A DNA stretch of 64,000 bases from an uncultured Planctomycetota bacterium (GCA_963849325.1 CAWKHF010000006.1:416001-480000); one strand, 5' to 3'. Shown: positions 1 to 11,831, counted from the first letter of the stretch. Notes: generated by a model not told the origin, from the letters alone. Numbers and translations are program-made.

Positions 1-2723
1 CCCTTGGGCCAGCCAGCGGCCAGTCCTTCGAGCAACACGTCGGCATCGGCGGAATCGGCGTCCTTCAACTGGGCCAGCAACTCGGCAACGGAGCCGGAAG
101 CGTCGCCGCGGGCGTAGTGTTCGGCGACGATGCGAACCATGTGGCGAACGGTGTCGCTGTTCTTTTTCGCCGCGAGGGTCGCGGCGAGGAAGCCGATGTC
201 GTGGCGGGCCGCGGCGCTGGTGGCGGCCAGCGGAATCCAGCGATCCTTTTCGTTCTCGGGAACCAGCAGCAACGCATGAATGGCCGTCCCGGCGTCTCGG
301 GAGGAGGGCATTTCGCTGAGGGCCAGAAGCGCGGCACGACGGACGAGCGGTTCGCGGTCCTGGAGCAGATCGGCCCGGAGGATCGCCCCGACGGACTCCG
401 CCGAGCGCGGCAGGAAGCCGCACGCTGCACGCCGAACCCCGGCCGAGGCGTGTTTCAGGTCTTTGTGGAGTAAGGCCGTCGTTTCCGCCGTGGGTTTGAC
501 GAAGGCGCCCAGGCCGCTCAAGGCTCCAAGGGCATGGATGGCCGGCAGGTTCTCGCCGGTCGCATCGGTTTCGGGGTTGCCGGCCAATTCCGCCAGCGCC
601 GGCAACACATCCGATTTCCCGCGATCGACCAGCAGGCGTTGGGCCGTCACGCGCCAGAACATATTGTCCTGCTTGAGAGCGGCGACGAGCTGCGCCGGTG
701 TGGTGCTATCAAGGTTGAGGAGGGCGGGCGTCTTCGCGCTCTCATTGATGATGCGGTAAATGCGGCCGTGTTTCTTGTCGCGCAGCGGCGTGACGTAGGC
801 GGCGCCCTTGCCGGTCTCGAAACCGGGCGGCGTCGGGTTGTGCTGGACGATGTAGTTGTACCAGTCGAGCACCCAGACCGCGCCGTCCGGCCCAACCTCG
901 GCGGCGATGGGGGCCGTCCATTCGTCGCTGCTGGACAGCAGATTGAAACGGTCGTGCGTGACGAAATTGCTGCCCTGCTTGTCGAGCAGGCACATGGCGA
1001 CGAGGTGGCCGGTCGGCTCGGCCACGAGGGCGATGCGATTCCAGTAGGGCGAGGGAAACTGGCGAGCGGTGTAGACGGCGTGACCGGCGGCGGCGGTGAA
1101 GCCGTCATGGAAGTCTACTTGACGGATCGCCGTAATCGGATGATAGCGCCAGTAGTCGGCCATGCGCACCGTGCCCTTGCCGAGCCAGCCGCGCACCGAC
1201 TCGAAGTAGCGGTTCGGGATCGCCAAGTAGGAGGAGTGTTCGCCGTTGGCCGTCGAGTAGAAGATTTCGCCCGTCTCGCCCAGTCCCAGTCCCCAGGTGT
1301 TGTTGGTCGTCGAGCCGAGGAACTCCAGCTCCGAGCCGTCTGGCCTGAAGCGAAAAACGCCCTGGCGGAACTTGTGCTGTTTGCCGCCGACCATCCCCTC
1401 GAAGCCGGCGTAACCGACGGTGGCGTAAATCCAGTTGTCCAGTCCGAGGCGAAGATTACTCGGCCCGGCGTGGGTGTCGTGGATGTGGAAGCCGGTGAAG
1501 AGCACCTTACGGACATCGGCCTTGCCGTCGCCGTCGGTGTCCTTGAGGAACAGGATGTGCGGCGCCTGGGCCACGATCAGGCCGCCGTTGGCGAAGACCA
1601 TGCTGGTGGGGATGCTGAGCTTGTCGGCGAAGACCGTGAACTTGTCGGCCCGGCCGTCGCCGTCGCTGTCCTCGGCGATGACGATGCGGTCGTGCCCCTG
1701 GCCGTCGGGCTGCTTGTTGTTGGGATAGTCGAGCGTCTCGGCGATCCAGGCCCGGCCGCGAGCGTCCCAGGCGATGGCGATGGGCTTGACGATGTCCGGC
1801 TCGGCGGCGAACAGCTCGACGCGAAAGCCGCCCGGCACGCTCAGGTGTTTCATCGACTCGGCTGGCGCGACCGGCGCCTGCATCTGGTGCAGCCGGGCGG
1901 ACTTGCCGGCGCGATAATTCGGCAGTTCGCCGGGAAGATACGCGAACGGCTTGGTGACGTACTCGTGATCGGGCCGGCCGACCGCCCAGCGGACGGCCTG
2001 GATGACGAGGCGCTGATAGTCGGCGTTGCGGAAGACGCGCTCGTCGTGGCCGGAGGCGGTGTAAAAGACGCGGCCCTTGCCCTGCCGGCGCACCCACGTC
2101 CACGGCTCTTTCTTGTCGCCGTCCTCGCGGACCATGAGAACGTGGCGGTCCTCCATGACGCGATGATGGACGTAGGTTTCATCCCACGCCTCGAATTCCT
2201 GGACGCCCTTCAAGGCGGGGTGCTTCGGGTCCACGATGCGCGGACGAAACGTGCCGGTCTTGTGACTCTGGAACTGTCCGCCGACAAGCGAGATGTACTT
2301 AGGAGAATTCAAGAAGCAATACGAGGCGCAATGCAAGGCAATCAATCCCTTGCCGTTCTCGACGAAGGACAGCAAGGCCGCCTCCTGCCGCGGCGAAATC
2401 GTCGTGTGGTTGGCATAGATGATGAGGCCGTCGTAGCGAGCCAGGTTCGCCTTGTTGAGGTCGTTCAAATCGTCGGTGTAGGCCATGTCGATGCCGGCGC
2501 GGGCCAGCGCCGGCATCAAATCGCCGGCACGCTCGATCGGCTTGTGATGGCCATTATCGCCCAGAAACAGCACCTTGATCCGCGGCGACTCCGCGCGAAC
2601 GGGGAAGACCGTGCAGGTCAGCACGAAGCAGGCGACGACAAATGCCTTCATCGCCGTCCGCACTTCGACCGGCGCGGAGGCGATAGGTTGCGAGCTTGGA
2701 TCGAGGGATGGATGTCGCTTCAT
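1..2723 (-). CDS. PVC-type ThuA + membrane-bound dehydrogenase domain protein (heme-binding CxxCH family), C-terminus outside the window
   Basis: Manual minus-strand translation: signal-like N-terminus, ThuA-like KVLFLGDNGHH...GKGRVFYTASGHD, then GFRVELFAAEPDIVKPIAIAWDARGR, DSDGDGRADKFTVFAD, NTWGL, then HEAT-like helices; no stop before base 1. Confidence 0.85.
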   Translation of the reverse strand, partial: MKRHPSLDPSSQPIASAPVEVRTAMKAFVVACFVLTCTVFPVRAESPRIKVLFLGDNGHHKPIERAGDLMPALARAGIDMAYTDDLNDLNKANLARYDGLIIYANHTTISPRQEAALLSFVENGKGLIALHCASYCFLNSPKYISLVGGQFQSHKTGTFRPRIVDPKHPALKGVQEFEAWDETYVHHRVMEDRHVLMVREDGDKKEPWTWVRRQGKGRVFYTASGHDERVFRNADYQRLVIQAVRWAVGRPDHEYVTKPFAYLPGELPNYRAGKSARLHQMQAPVAPAESMKHLSVPGGFRVELFAAEPDIVKPIAIAWDARGRAWIAETLDYPNNKQPDGQGHDRIVIAEDSDGDGRADKFTVFADKLSIPTSMVFANGGLIVAQAPHILFLKDTDGDGKADVRKVLFTGFHIHDTHAGPSNLRLGLDNWIYATVGYAGFEGMVGGKQHKFRQGVFRFRPDGSELEFLGSTTNNTWGLGLGETGEIFYSTANGEHSSYLAIPNRYFESVRGWLGKGTVRMADYWRYHPITAIRQVDFHDGFTAAAGHAVYTARQFPSPYWNRIALVAEPTGHLVAMCLLDKQGSNFVTHDRFNLLSSSDEWTAPIAAEVGPDGAVWVLDWYNYIVQHNPTPPGFETGKGAAYVTPLRDKKHGRIYRIINESAKTPALLNLDSTTPAQLVAALKQDNMFWRVTAQRLLVDRGKSDVLPALAELAGNPETDATGENLPAIHALGALSGLGAFVKPTAETTALLHKDLKHASAGVRRAACGFLPRSAESVGAILRADLLQDREPLVRRAALLALSEMPSSRDAGTAIHALLLVPENEKDRWIPLAATSAAARHDIGFLAATLAAKKNSDTVRHMVRIVAEHYARGDASGSVAELLAQLKDADSADADVLLEGLAAGWPK

Positions 2724-2984
2724 AAGGCAATCACCTTGGAAAAGGTTGGAGGGCAACTCGCCAATCCGGCCCCAGCACCCTAAGCCCGGCTGGAAGACGT
2801 TCCGCCCGATCACGGCCCGGTGAAAATATCGCCGGCGTTGTGCGTCATCAGGGCCGAGATGGCGCCCGTGCTCTCGTAATTGATCAGGCGCACGCTTCCA
2901 TCATACATGCCAAAGGGGGCGCCGCCAGAGAATGCCGAGCCCCAGAAGGGGCCACCGTTGGAGGGCAAGTTGGGGGCATTCTTA

Positions 2985-3854
2985 TCAATAATCGACGTTG
3001 ATGTCCCCCGCGTTCGGGGTCAGGAAAGGTTGGAGCAAGCCGTTGGTCATCGTGTAATGCAGCATGCGTACGCTGCCGTCGAAGAACACGAACGGACACC
3101 CGCCGGTAAACGGCGAACCCCAGTTGTTGTCAACCTCTGCGGTATCCCCAGCCGAGGCGGGCGGATCCTGGATGACCCACCAGCCCGAGCGGGAGGAACC
3201 GCCCCAGGAGATGAACGCGGGATCATCCCAGGAGGTGCCGGTGTTGGTATTGTAGCGATATTGGGCCAACCCCTTCTCCCCCACTGCGGCCGTGTTCGAC
3301 GTCCCGTCGGCGATCTGCGTCAGGGTGGCCTGCACCAGGGTGGCCTGGGTGTTACTCCACAGCAGGTTGCCGTTGGTCGGCGAGGAACCGTACGCGACGC
3401 CGTTGATCGCATAATCGGTCAAGGCCGTGAACGGCGCCCGGTCGCTGCTGTTGGCCAGAGTCCGCCCGCGGCCGGGGCACAGGAGGGCCTTGACGGGGGT
3501 GGTTTGCCAGTTGCCCTGGCCGCTGAAGATGGCGTTCTGTTCGAGGTACGGCAAGATCTGGAACGCCCAGGATCCCTGCTGCTGGGACGGGGCCGCGCCG
3601 GCGACTGGGATTGCCCCGCCGCCGATGCCCGGGGTCGGCAGCCCGTTTGTCGAATCGTGGCAGTTCTGGAAAGCAAGACCTATCTGTTTGAGGTTGTTGA
3701 CGCCCTGGGTGCGGGCGGCGGCCTCGCGCACTTTCTGCACGGCCGGCAGCAGCAGGCCGATGAGGATGGCAATGATGGCGATCACCACCAACAGCTCGAT
3801 CAGGGTGAAGGCGATCCGCGACGCGAGACGAACCGAGGGGGAGGAAGGAAACAT
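2985..3854 (-). CDS. DUF1559 prepilin-type N-terminal cleavage/methylation domain protein
   Basis: [40 protein letters not shown] and C-terminal FFDGSVR. Confidence 0.95.
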   Translation of the reverse strand: MFPSSPSVRLASRIAFTLIELLVVIAIIAILIGLLLPAVQKVREAAARTQGVNNLKQIGLAFQNCHDSTNGLPTPGIGGGAIPVAGAAPSQQQGSWAFQILPYLEQNAIFSGQGNWQTTPVKALLCPGRGRTLANSSDRAPFTALTDYAINGVAYGSSPTNGNLLWSNTQATLVQATLTQIADGTSNTAAVGEKGLAQYRYNTNTGTSWDDPAFISWGGSSRSGWWVIQDPPASAGDTAEVDNNWGSPFTGGCPFVFFDGSVRMLHYTMTNGLLQPFLTPNAGDINVDY

Positions 3855-4061
3855 GGCGAACTCCAAAGATTCGGGAGACGAGGTAGCAATACCCAATAAA
3901 ACGTACCCATTTCGTCTCCGTCCCTCCATGAGATATTGCGCAAAAAACTTAAGATATTTTACCGGGAGCGGCGCGACCGTTTCCGTGAACTTTCTCGGCT
4001 GCCGTGCGTCTCATCGAAAGGACACCGAAGATTTTTTTCGCCTCCGCCTCGGGTTCGCACC

Positions 4062-5241
4062 ATGCCTACGGTTGCCCTTCGCCGACCGGCCGTCGCCCTG
4101 CTCATCGAGACCTCCAACGCCTACGCGCGGGCTGCTGCAGGGGATCATCTCCTACGTCCGGGCCCACCAGCCCTGGTCCATTTACCTGCCGGAGCAGGGC
4201 CGCGGCGATCCCTCGGCCGATTGGCTGCCGCGCTGGCGCGGCGACGGCCTGATCGCCCGCATCGAGAATGCGCGCATCGCCGCCCTCGTGGACCAGACGG
4301 GACTGCCCGTCGTGGACGTCAGCGCCGGCCGCTATCTACCGCGGGCTCCCTGCGTCGAGACGGACAACCGAGCCATCGCCGAGGCAGCCGTCGATCATTT
4401 CCTGGAACGCGGCTTTCGCAACTTGGCCTTTTGTGGCGAACCCGTCTTTGCCTGGTCCAACGAGCGGCAGCATTTCTTCCAGCAGATCGCCGCGCAAAGG
4501 GGGCTGCACTCTTTTCTGTTCACGCTCTCCTCTGCTCGAGGCCGCAAGAAAGTCCTGTTGGCGCGGCAACAGCAGGAGTTGGCGGAATGGGTGCGTTCTC
4601 TGCCCAAGCCGGCCGGCGTGTTCGCCTGCTACGACATCAAGGCGCAGCAATTGCTTGAAGCGTGCCGGACGATCGATGTGGCCGTCCCCGAGGAGCTGGC
4701 GGTGCTGGGCGTCGATAACGATGAACTGCTCTGCAACCTGGCGACGCCGCCGCTGTCGAGCATCATCCCCAATTCGCACCGCACCGGCTACGAGGCGGCC
4801 GCCCTTCTGGATCGCCTTCTGACCGGCCACAAGGTCTCGCCGGAGGTCGTTCCCATCGCACCGCTCGGCATTCAGACGCGCCAATCGACCGACACCTTGG
4901 CCCTCGACAACCGCGACGTGGCCGCCGCCGTCCGCTTCATTCGCGAGCACGCCTGCGCCGGCATCAACGTGGAGGACGTTCTCTCGGCGGTGCCGCTGTC
5001 GCGGCGCGTCCTCGAGAGCTTGTTCCGCAAATACCTGGGCCGCACGCCCCACGAGGAGATCGTGCGGCTCAAGATCGAGCGCGTCAAATTGCTGCTGGCC
5101 GAAACAGACCTGAGCATGGCGGAGATCGCCCGTCGCGCGGGATTTCCCTACGTCGAATATCTGAGCGCCGCCTTCAAAAAGGCCGTGGGCATGGCTCCCC
5201 GCCAATATCGCCGCCAGAGCCAGACCGTCGAGGGAAAGTAG
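4062..5241 (+). CDS. XylR-type (periplasmic-binding fold + AraC HTH) transcriptional regulator; frameshift near 4128
   Basis: VALLIETSNAYAR in one frame continues as GLLQGIISY; VPEELAVLGVDND, PPLSSI, C-terminal AraC HTH. Confidence 0.9.
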
Positions 5242-5271
5242 AAGCGTAAGGACTACCGGACAAAACTCGAA

Positions 5272-5331
5272 GCGGGGGGCGTCAGCCCCTGAGTTTCCCG
5301 AATGCTCAGGAGGCTGACACCCCCCGCTCCG
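5272..5331. repeat. REP-like imperfect palindrome (GCGGGGGGCGTCAGCCCCTG family)
   Basis: Inverted repeat between convergent genes; related copy at 11743-11808. Confidence 0.7.
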
Positions 5332-5356
5332 GGAGTTTTTTCCGTTACCTCTTTTC

Positions 5357-6487
5357 TCAAGACAACGTGAATGCGGGTAGCTTGACGATCTCTCCGCCCT
5401 TGAGGGCCGATTCGTGGGCGCAGATGCCGACGCACGTCCAGTTGGCCGACTGCACCGCGTTGGGGTACGGATCGCGGCTCTGCGCCAGCGCCGACAAGAA
5501 CTCGTTAGCCAGGTGTGGGTGCGAGCCGCCGTGTCCGCCGCCCTGGACGAAGGACAGGTGAGCGTGTTCGCCGGCATCGTAGACGCCGCGCGTCGTGAAG
5601 CGCTGAATCTCCGGCGGCAACAGGTGAGCGTAGTCTGGCACCTTCACGCGCTGCGGAATTTCCGGCTCCGGTTTCTTGGCCGTGTGAACCACCGGCTCCT
5701 CGCCCTCGATCAACTGCCACTCGAACGATTTCTTGGTGCCGTACACGTCGAAGCTCTCGCGGTACTGGCGGGCCGTGTCGAACAGCGAGCGGGAGATACG
5801 GGCCGTCAGGTCGGAGTTGCGTAGCTTGACGTGTGCCGTTTCGACGGCGAACGGTGAATTGTATTTGCCGATCAGCTCTTGCCGGATGGTGCCCGAGCCG
5901 AAGCAGGAGACGTACTCGGCCTCGGCCTTCGTCAGCGCCAGGCACGGGCCGACGCAGTGAGTGGCGTAGTGCATCGGCGGCAGGCCCGGCCAGTAGTTCG
6001 GCCAGCCGTCCATGTCTTGCTGATGGCTCGCCTGCAAGAACTGAACCTTGCCCAGCTCACCCTTCTCGTACAGTTCCTTGACGAACAGGAACTCCCGAGC
6101 GTAGACGACCGTTTCGGCCATCATGTACTTCAGGCCGGTCTTCTTGACCAGCTCGACGATCTGCTGGCACTCCTCGATGGTGGTGGCCATCGGTACGGTA
6201 CACAGGACATGCTTGCCGGCCTTGAGAGCGGCGATGGCCTGCGGAGCGTGGTCGGGAATCGGCGTGTTGATGTGGACGAAATCGACGTTGCGGTCGGCCA
6301 GCACGTCCTCGTATTTCCGGTAGCGCGTGGCGATGCCGAAGGCGTCGCCGACCTGCTTGAGCTTGCCCTCGCCGCGCTGGCAAATGGCGTACATCTCGGC
6401 CAGCGGATGCTTCTGATAGATGGGGATGAACTCGGCGCCAAAACCTAGACCGATGATCGCCACCTTGAACTGCTTCTTGTCGGCCAT
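5357..6487 (-). CDS. Gfo/Idh/MocA family oxidoreductase
   Basis: KVAIIGLGFG Rossmann motif, ALKAGKHVLCTVPMA. Confidence 0.9.
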   Translation of the reverse strand: MADKKQFKVAIIGLGFGAEFIPIYQKHPLAEMYAICQRGEGKLKQVGDAFGIATRYRKYEDVLADRNVDFVHINTPIPDHAPQAIAALKAGKHVLCTVPMATTIEECQQIVELVKKTGLKYMMAETVVYAREFLFVKELYEKGELGKVQFLQASHQQDMDGWPNYWPGLPPMHYATHCVGPCLALTKAEAEYVSCFGSGTIRQELIGKYNSPFAVETAHVKLRNSDLTARISRSLFDTARQYRESFDVYGTKKSFEWQLIEGEEPVVHTAKKPEPEIPQRVKVPDYAHLLPPEIQRFTTRGVYDAGEHAHLSFVQGGGHGGSHPHLANEFLSALAQSRDPYPNAVQSANWTCVGICAHESALKGGEIVKLPAFTLS

Positions 6488-6851
6488 GCCTGTTGCCTCG
6501 CTGGAGGGGAAAGTGAGCCGCCGGCGGGAGGCGGTATTTAGGCTCTTTTGGTTAGAGCTTCTGAGGGAGAAACGCAAGGGATAAAATAATTTTTTCCGCG
6601 CACCGGCAAGACGGGGACCATGATGGAGACGACACGAAAGACCGACGGGCAGCGGTACGGCGAGGACTTGAAACAACGGCTGGGGCTGGAGACGGCCATC
6701 TTGCAGGAATCGCACGCCCTCCGCCTGGCGGAACGAACCTACGGCGCCGCCCGCGACGTGGCCGACTTCGCCATGCTCGACATCGTTGTGCCGCACTACA
6801 ATAATGCGGGCCACGTCAGAGCGGCGGGCGTCGGCAACCGGAGGGAGCCTC

Positions 6852-8142
6852 ATGGATTCGAGTCATCGGGTGGTGATCGTCGGCGGCGGCTTCGGCGGGT
6901 TGTACGCGGCGCAGGCGCTGGGCAAGGCCGACGTGCGCGTGACGCTGATTGATCGCCGCAACTTCCACCTGTTCCAGCCGCTGCTCTACCAGGTGGCGAC
7001 CGGCGGCCTCTCGCCGGCCAACATCGCCGCGCCGCTCCGCGACGTGCTCAAGCGTCAGAAGAACACTCGCGTCCTGCTCGCCGAGGCGGTCGGCTTCGAC
7101 CTCGACCGCCGGCTCGTACACCTCAAGGACGGCAGCGAGCCGTATGACTCGCTGATCGTCGCCACCGGGGCGCGCCATCACTACTTTGGACATCCGGAAT
7201 GGGAGACATACGCGCCGGGCCTGAAGTCCATCGAGGACGCCACGACGATGCGACGGCGCATCCTGTCGGCGTTCGAGCGGGCCGAGCGCTGCACGGACCC
7301 CGAGGAATGCCGGGCCTTGTTGACGTTCGTCGTCGTGGGCGGCGGACCGACCGGCGTCGAGCTGGCCGGCACTCTCGGCGAGGTCGCCCACACCACGCTG
7401 CGCGGCAACTTCCGCGTCATCAACCCGGCCAGCGCCGCGCATCCTCCTGCTCGAAGGACTCGACCGCATCCTCAACGGCTACCCGCCGAAATTGTCGGCC
7501 AAGGCGGTTCGATCGCTCAACCGACTCGGCGTCACCGTGCGCACCGGGACGACGGTGACGGACGTGCAGCCCGGCCGCGTGACGGTGCGCTCGGGCGAAA
7601 CAACCGAGGTGATTGGCGCCTGTACCGTGCTGTGGGGAGCAGGCGTCGATGCGTCGCCGCTGGCCAGGGCGCTGGCGCAGGCCACGGGCGCTCCGCTCGA
7701 TCGCCAGGGGCGCGTCGTCGTACAGCCGGACATGACGCTGCCGGGACATCCGGAAGTGTTCGTCCTCGGCGACATGGCCAATTATCCGCATTATGACGGC
7801 AAGCCGCTGCCGGGCCTGGCGCCGGTGGCCATGCAGCAGGGACGCTACGTCGCCGACCTGATTCAGCGACGCCTGCGCGGCGCCGAGCCGGTGGCGTTTC
7901 GCTTCCACGATCGCGGCAAAATGGCGACCATCGGCCGCGCCGCCGCCGTCGCCGACCTCGGCTGGATCACCTTCTCCGGCTTGCTCGCCTGGCTGACCTG
8001 GCTGCTCATTCACATCCTCTACCTGATCGAGTTCCAGAATCGCATCCTGGTGGTGTTGCAATGGGCGTGGAACTACTTCACGCGCAACCGCTCGTCGCGT
8101 CTGATCACCGGAGGAGATTTGTCCAAAAGTGACTCCGTTTAG
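6852..8142 (+). CDS. ndh: Type II NADH dehydrogenase (NAD(P)/FAD-dependent oxidoreductase); frameshift near 7437
   Basis: VVIVGGGFGG, FQPLLYQVATG, VVVGGGPTGVELAG, GDMA, APVAMQQG, GKMATIGR. Confidence 0.9.
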
Positions 8143-8195
8143 CCGCGACGCGCAGCGGAGCGCATCGCGCGCTCCGCTGCGCGTCGCGGCTAAAC
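8137..8195. repeat. REP-like palindrome (GTTTAGCCGCGACGCGCAGCGGAG family)
   Basis: Long-armed hairpin; near-identical copies at 49145-49207 and 61864-61918. Confidence 0.85.
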
Positions 8196-8286
8196 TCTGG
8201 CGTAGGAGTGCCCGTCCGGAGTATGATGAGGTCCATCACGGCCGCGGCGCCGTGACGGAATCGGGGTTCTCCCGCGGAGGTTCGCC

Positions 8287-9027
8287 ATGTCTCGCTTCGC
8301 CGTCATCCTGCCGGCCGCCGGCAAATCGTCGCGTTTCCGCGACCGCGAGAAGAAGCCGTTCGTCAACCTCGATGGCCGGGCCGTCTGGCTTCGCTGCGCC
8401 GAACTGTTCATCACCCGCGACAACGTCTGTCAGTGTCTTGTCGTTGTCGCGCCCGAGGACCAGGAGACGTTTCGCCGCCGTTACCAGGCCAACCTCGCCT
8501 TCATGAACGTGCAGATCGCCGACGGCGGCGCCGAGCGCTTCGAGTCGGTCGCCAATGCGCTGGCGCTGGTCAAGGCCGAGGCCAACTTCGTCGCCATCCA
8601 CGACGCGGCCCGGCCCTGTTTGACCAAGGAGCTGATCGACACTGTCTTCGGCTGCGCCGCCAAGAGCGGGGCGGCCATGCTGGCCGTGCCGGTAGCGGAC
8701 ACCATCAAACGTGCCGACAACAAGGGAGTGGTGCAGGAGACGGTGCCGCGTTCCAATCTGTGGCTGGCACAGACGCCGCAGGTGTTCCGCCGCGATTGGT
8801 TGGTCGAGGCTTATGCTCGGCGGGCGCAGCTCGGCCGCGACATCACCGACGACGCCCAGCTGATCGAGGCGGCCGGCCATCCCGTCTATCTCGTCCAGGG
8901 ATCGACCGGCAACATCAAGATCACCGCACGCGAGGACCTGGCCCTGGCCGAGGCGATCCTGAAAGCCCGGCCCAAGCCGAAGGCGGCCCGGCCCATCCAC
9001 CCCTTCCAGGACGAGCATCAATGGTGA
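8287..9027 (+). CDS. ispD: 2-C-methyl-D-erythritol 4-phosphate cytidylyltransferase
   Basis: ILPAAGKSSRF, IHDAARP, AQTPQVF, ITDDA, NIKIT. Confidence 0.93.
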   Translation: MSRFAVILPAAGKSSRFRDREKKPFVNLDGRAVWLRCAELFITRDNVCQCLVVVAPEDQETFRRRYQANLAFMNVQIADGGAERFESVANALALVKAEANFVAIHDAARPCLTKELIDTVFGCAAKSGAAMLAVPVADTIKRADNKGVVQETVPRSNLWLAQTPQVFRRDWLVEAYARRAQLGRDITDDAQLIEAAGHPVYLVQGSTGNIKITAREDLALAEAILKARPKPKAARPIHPFQDEHQW

Positions 9028-9036
9028 GCCGCCCTC

Positions 9037-9672
9037 ATGGCCGAGCCTGATCGCGTTGTCGTTTCGCGTCATCCGCTGGTGGCGCACAAGCTGGCCCGGC
9101 TGCGCGAGCGGACGACGGGACCCGAACCGTTCCGCGTCCTGGTGCGCGACCTGTCGCAGCTGCTTTTGTACGAGGCCACGCACGATTTGCGTCTGGAGCC
9201 GTGGACGGTGCGGACGCCGCTGGGTGAGTGTACCGGCCAGCGCCTCGCCGAACACATCGGTCTGGCGCCGATCCTGCGGGCGGGACTGGGCATGGCCGAC
9301 GCCATCCTGGAGTTGATTCCGTCGGCGTGCGTCTGGCACCTCGGCCTGTACCGCGATCACGAGACGCTGCGGCCGGTGACGTATTACAACAAGCCGCCGG
9401 CAAACCTGGCCATCGACCTGGCGCTGGTGGTCGATCCCATGCTGGCCACCGGCGGCTCGGCGGCCGCCGCCATCACCATCCTCAAGGAGGCCGGCCTGCG
9501 CCGCATCAAGTTCCTCGGCCTGATCGCCGCCCCGGAAGGAGTACGCTTGCTGACGCAAACGCACCCCGACGTTCCCATTCATCTGGCGGAGATCGACAGT
9601 CATCTCGACGAGCGGTCGTACATTGTGCCGGGCCTGGGCGACGCCGGCGATCGCCAGTTCGGCACGCATTGA
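9037..9672 (+). CDS. upp: Uracil phosphoribosyltransferase
   Basis: PILRAGLGM, DPMLATGGS, YIVPGLGDAGDRQFGT. Confidence 0.96.
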   Translation: MAEPDRVVVSRHPLVAHKLARLRERTTGPEPFRVLVRDLSQLLLYEATHDLRLEPWTVRTPLGECTGQRLAEHIGLAPILRAGLGMADAILELIPSACVWHLGLYRDHETLRPVTYYNKPPANLAIDLALVVDPMLATGGSAAAAITILKEAGLRRIKFLGLIAAPEGVRLLTQTHPDVPIHLAEIDSHLDERSYIVPGLGDAGDRQFGTH

Positions 9673-9681
9673 GAGGCGGTA

Positions 9682-9933
9682 TCAGGAGCCGGGGTCTTCC
9701 GTGCGCCGCACCAGTCGCGGATCGATGGCGCCGCTGATTTCCTCGCCAATTTTCTCCAGGCGTTCGCCGAGGCGATCCAATTCCAGGAGCAGCTGCGCCT
9801 GCGTCGAGACGGGCAGCAGGACGGCCCCGGCGGCCTCGGTCTGTTCGGCTTCCGCAGCCAGGTCGGCCAGCTCATCCACGGCCGCACGGAGGGCGGCCAA
9901 CCGCTGCCGGACGAGCGCGAGAGTGGTGAACAT
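9682..9933 (-). CDS. Small helical hypothetical protein
   Basis: 83-aa ORF with a GGAG-type RBS upstream; no recognisable motif. Confidence 0.45.
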   Translation of the reverse strand: MFTTLALVRQRLAALRAAVDELADLAAEAEQTEAAGAVLLPVSTQAQLLLELDRLGERLEKIGEEISGAIDPRLVRRTEDPGS

Positions 9934-10177
9934 CGCGGGTTCTCCCATGAGGGCCGTCGCCTGGTCCTTCCAGCATACCACGGAAGGGGCTGAAGGTGGG
10001 CCTTGTCTGCTTTTCCTGTCTTCCCCCGAGCACCAACATTTCGCATCCGCCGCGCAAATCTGCCGATAATCCTTGGGTGCGCTCGTGGGACGCGATTGCA
10101 TTTCTCCGTGCTTTCGCTATAGTCGCCAACCGGATCGGCGGATTCGATCTCGGGTGAGCACGAGCAAGGAGGCGGTG

Positions 10178-11243
10178 ATGGTCTTGCAGGTCCACCTGCC
10201 CAGTCCGACTCCCCAGGCCGGCCGGCGTCTCGACCACGCCCGGCAGGTCGTCCGCGCCGAGGCGGCCGCCCTGGAATCGGTCGCCCAGCGGCTGGACGAC
10301 TCCTTTTTGCAAGCCGTCGATCTGTTGCAGCGACTGACCGGCCGCGGCGCCGGCCGCGTCTGCGTCACCGGCACCGGCAAGTCGGCCGACGTCGGCCAGA
10401 AGATCGCCGGCACCCTCAGCTCGACCGGGACGCGCGCCTACGTCCTCGACGCCACTCGCGCCTTGCACGGCGATCTCGGCATGACTCATCCCGACAACGT
10501 CGCCCTGATCCTGTCGCACAGCGGCGAGAGTGAGGAGATTGTGCGCCTGCTGGGACCGCTGCGGCCGCTGGTGCGCGGCGTCGTGGCGTTGACCGGCAAT
10601 GCCAAAAGCACGCTGGCGCGCAAGGCCGACGTGGCCGTCGTGTACGGGCCGCTGGAAGAGGTGTGTCCGCTCGGGCTGGCGCCCAGCGCCAGCACCACGG
10701 CCATGATCGCCCTGGGCGACGCCCTGGCCTTCGTGCTCAGTCAGGAACGCGCCTTCACGCACGAGGACTTCGCGCGTTTCCATCCGGCCGGCAGCCTGGG
10801 ACGCAAGCTGCTCAAGGTCGAGGGCGTCATGCGGCAGGGCAGCGAGCTGCGCCTCGCCGCCGTCGGCGCGACGGTGCGAAGCGTGTTCGCCCAGTCGCGC
10901 CATCAAGGGCGGCGCACCGGGGCCGTCATGCTGGTGGACGACGACGGCCGGCTGTGCGGCCTGTTCACCGACAGCGACCTGGCCCGTCTCATCGAAGCGC
11001 GGCGCGACGAGGCGCTGGATCGGCCCATCGGCGAAGTGATGACGGCCGACCCTATCACGGTGCCGCTTGGGCGTCCGCGTCGGTGACGCCATTGAGTTGC
11101 TGCGGCGGCACAAGATCAGCGAATTGCCGGTCGTCGATGACGACGGCCGGCCGGCGGGCCTGCTCGACATTACCGACCTCATCGGCGTCGCCCCGGCCGA
11201 CAGCGCGGCACCGCCCTCCGCGCCGCGGAGGATCGGCGCGTGA
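10178..11243 (+). CDS. kdsD: KpsF/GutQ arabinose-5-phosphate isomerase (SIS + CBS); frameshift near 11070
   Basis: VTGTGKS, HGDLGM, SHSGESEE, LAPSASTT, FHPAGSLG, CBS pair. Confidence 0.92.
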
Positions 11244-11743
11244 AAACGCTGCAACAGCGCTGCGCCGCCATCGACATGCTCGTCGTCGATGTCGATGGCG
11301 TCCTGACGGCGGGCGGCATCGTTTACGGCGGCGCCGAGTTGGAACACAAGCAGTTTCACGTCCGCGATGGCTCCGGTCTCAAAATGTGGCACCAAGCCGG
11401 CAAGCGGACAGGACTGATCACGGGTCGGCGTTCGGTGGTGGTCGATCGTCGGGCGGCGGAGCTGGGCATCGCCTTCGTCCTCCAGGGAGCGGCGGAGAAA
11501 CTGCCGGCCTTTCGGCGCCTGCTGGCCGATGCCGGTGTCGGACCCGAGGCGGTGTGCTACCTCGGCGATGATCTGCCCGATCTGCCGCCGATGCGTGCCT
11601 GCGGCCTGGCCGTGGCCGTGGCCGACGCCTGTGCCGAGGCGCGGGCCGACGCCCACTACATCACGCGCACGCCGGGCGGCCATGGCGCCGTCCGCGAGAC
11701 CATCGAGTTGATCCTGCGTTGTCAGGGGCAATGGAAGATTTAG
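11240..11743 (+). CDS. kdsC: KDO 8-phosphate phosphatase (HAD)
   Basis: DVDGVLT, FHVRDG, GDDLPDL, GGHGAVRE. Confidence 0.93.
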   Translation: MKTLQQRCAAIDMLVVDVDGVLTAGGIVYGGAELEHKQFHVRDGSGLKMWHQAGKRTGLITGRRSVVVDRRAAELGIAFVLQGAAEKLPAFRRLLADAGVGPEAVCYLGDDLPDLPPMRACGLAVAVADACAEARADAHYITRTPGGHGAVRETIELILRCQGQWKI

Positions 11744-11808
11744 GCGAGCGGGGGGCGTAAGCCCCCTGTTCTTCGTCGAGAACAGGGGGCTTACGCCCCC
11801 CGCTCGCC
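11743..11808. repeat. REP-like palindrome
   Basis: GGCGAGCGGGGGGCGTAAGCCCCCTGTTCT...AGAACAGGGGGCTTACGCCCCCCGCTCGCC. Confidence 0.85.
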
Positions 11809-11831
11809 CTGCATCCTGTAGGGGAACGACC

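Noticed and set aside
534-2783. 749-aa plus-strand ORF and other long antisense ORFs (e.g. 9872-11884, 43710-45884, 58674-60656)
   Set aside because: Shadow frames of real genes on the opposite strand in high-GC DNA; no motifs of their own.
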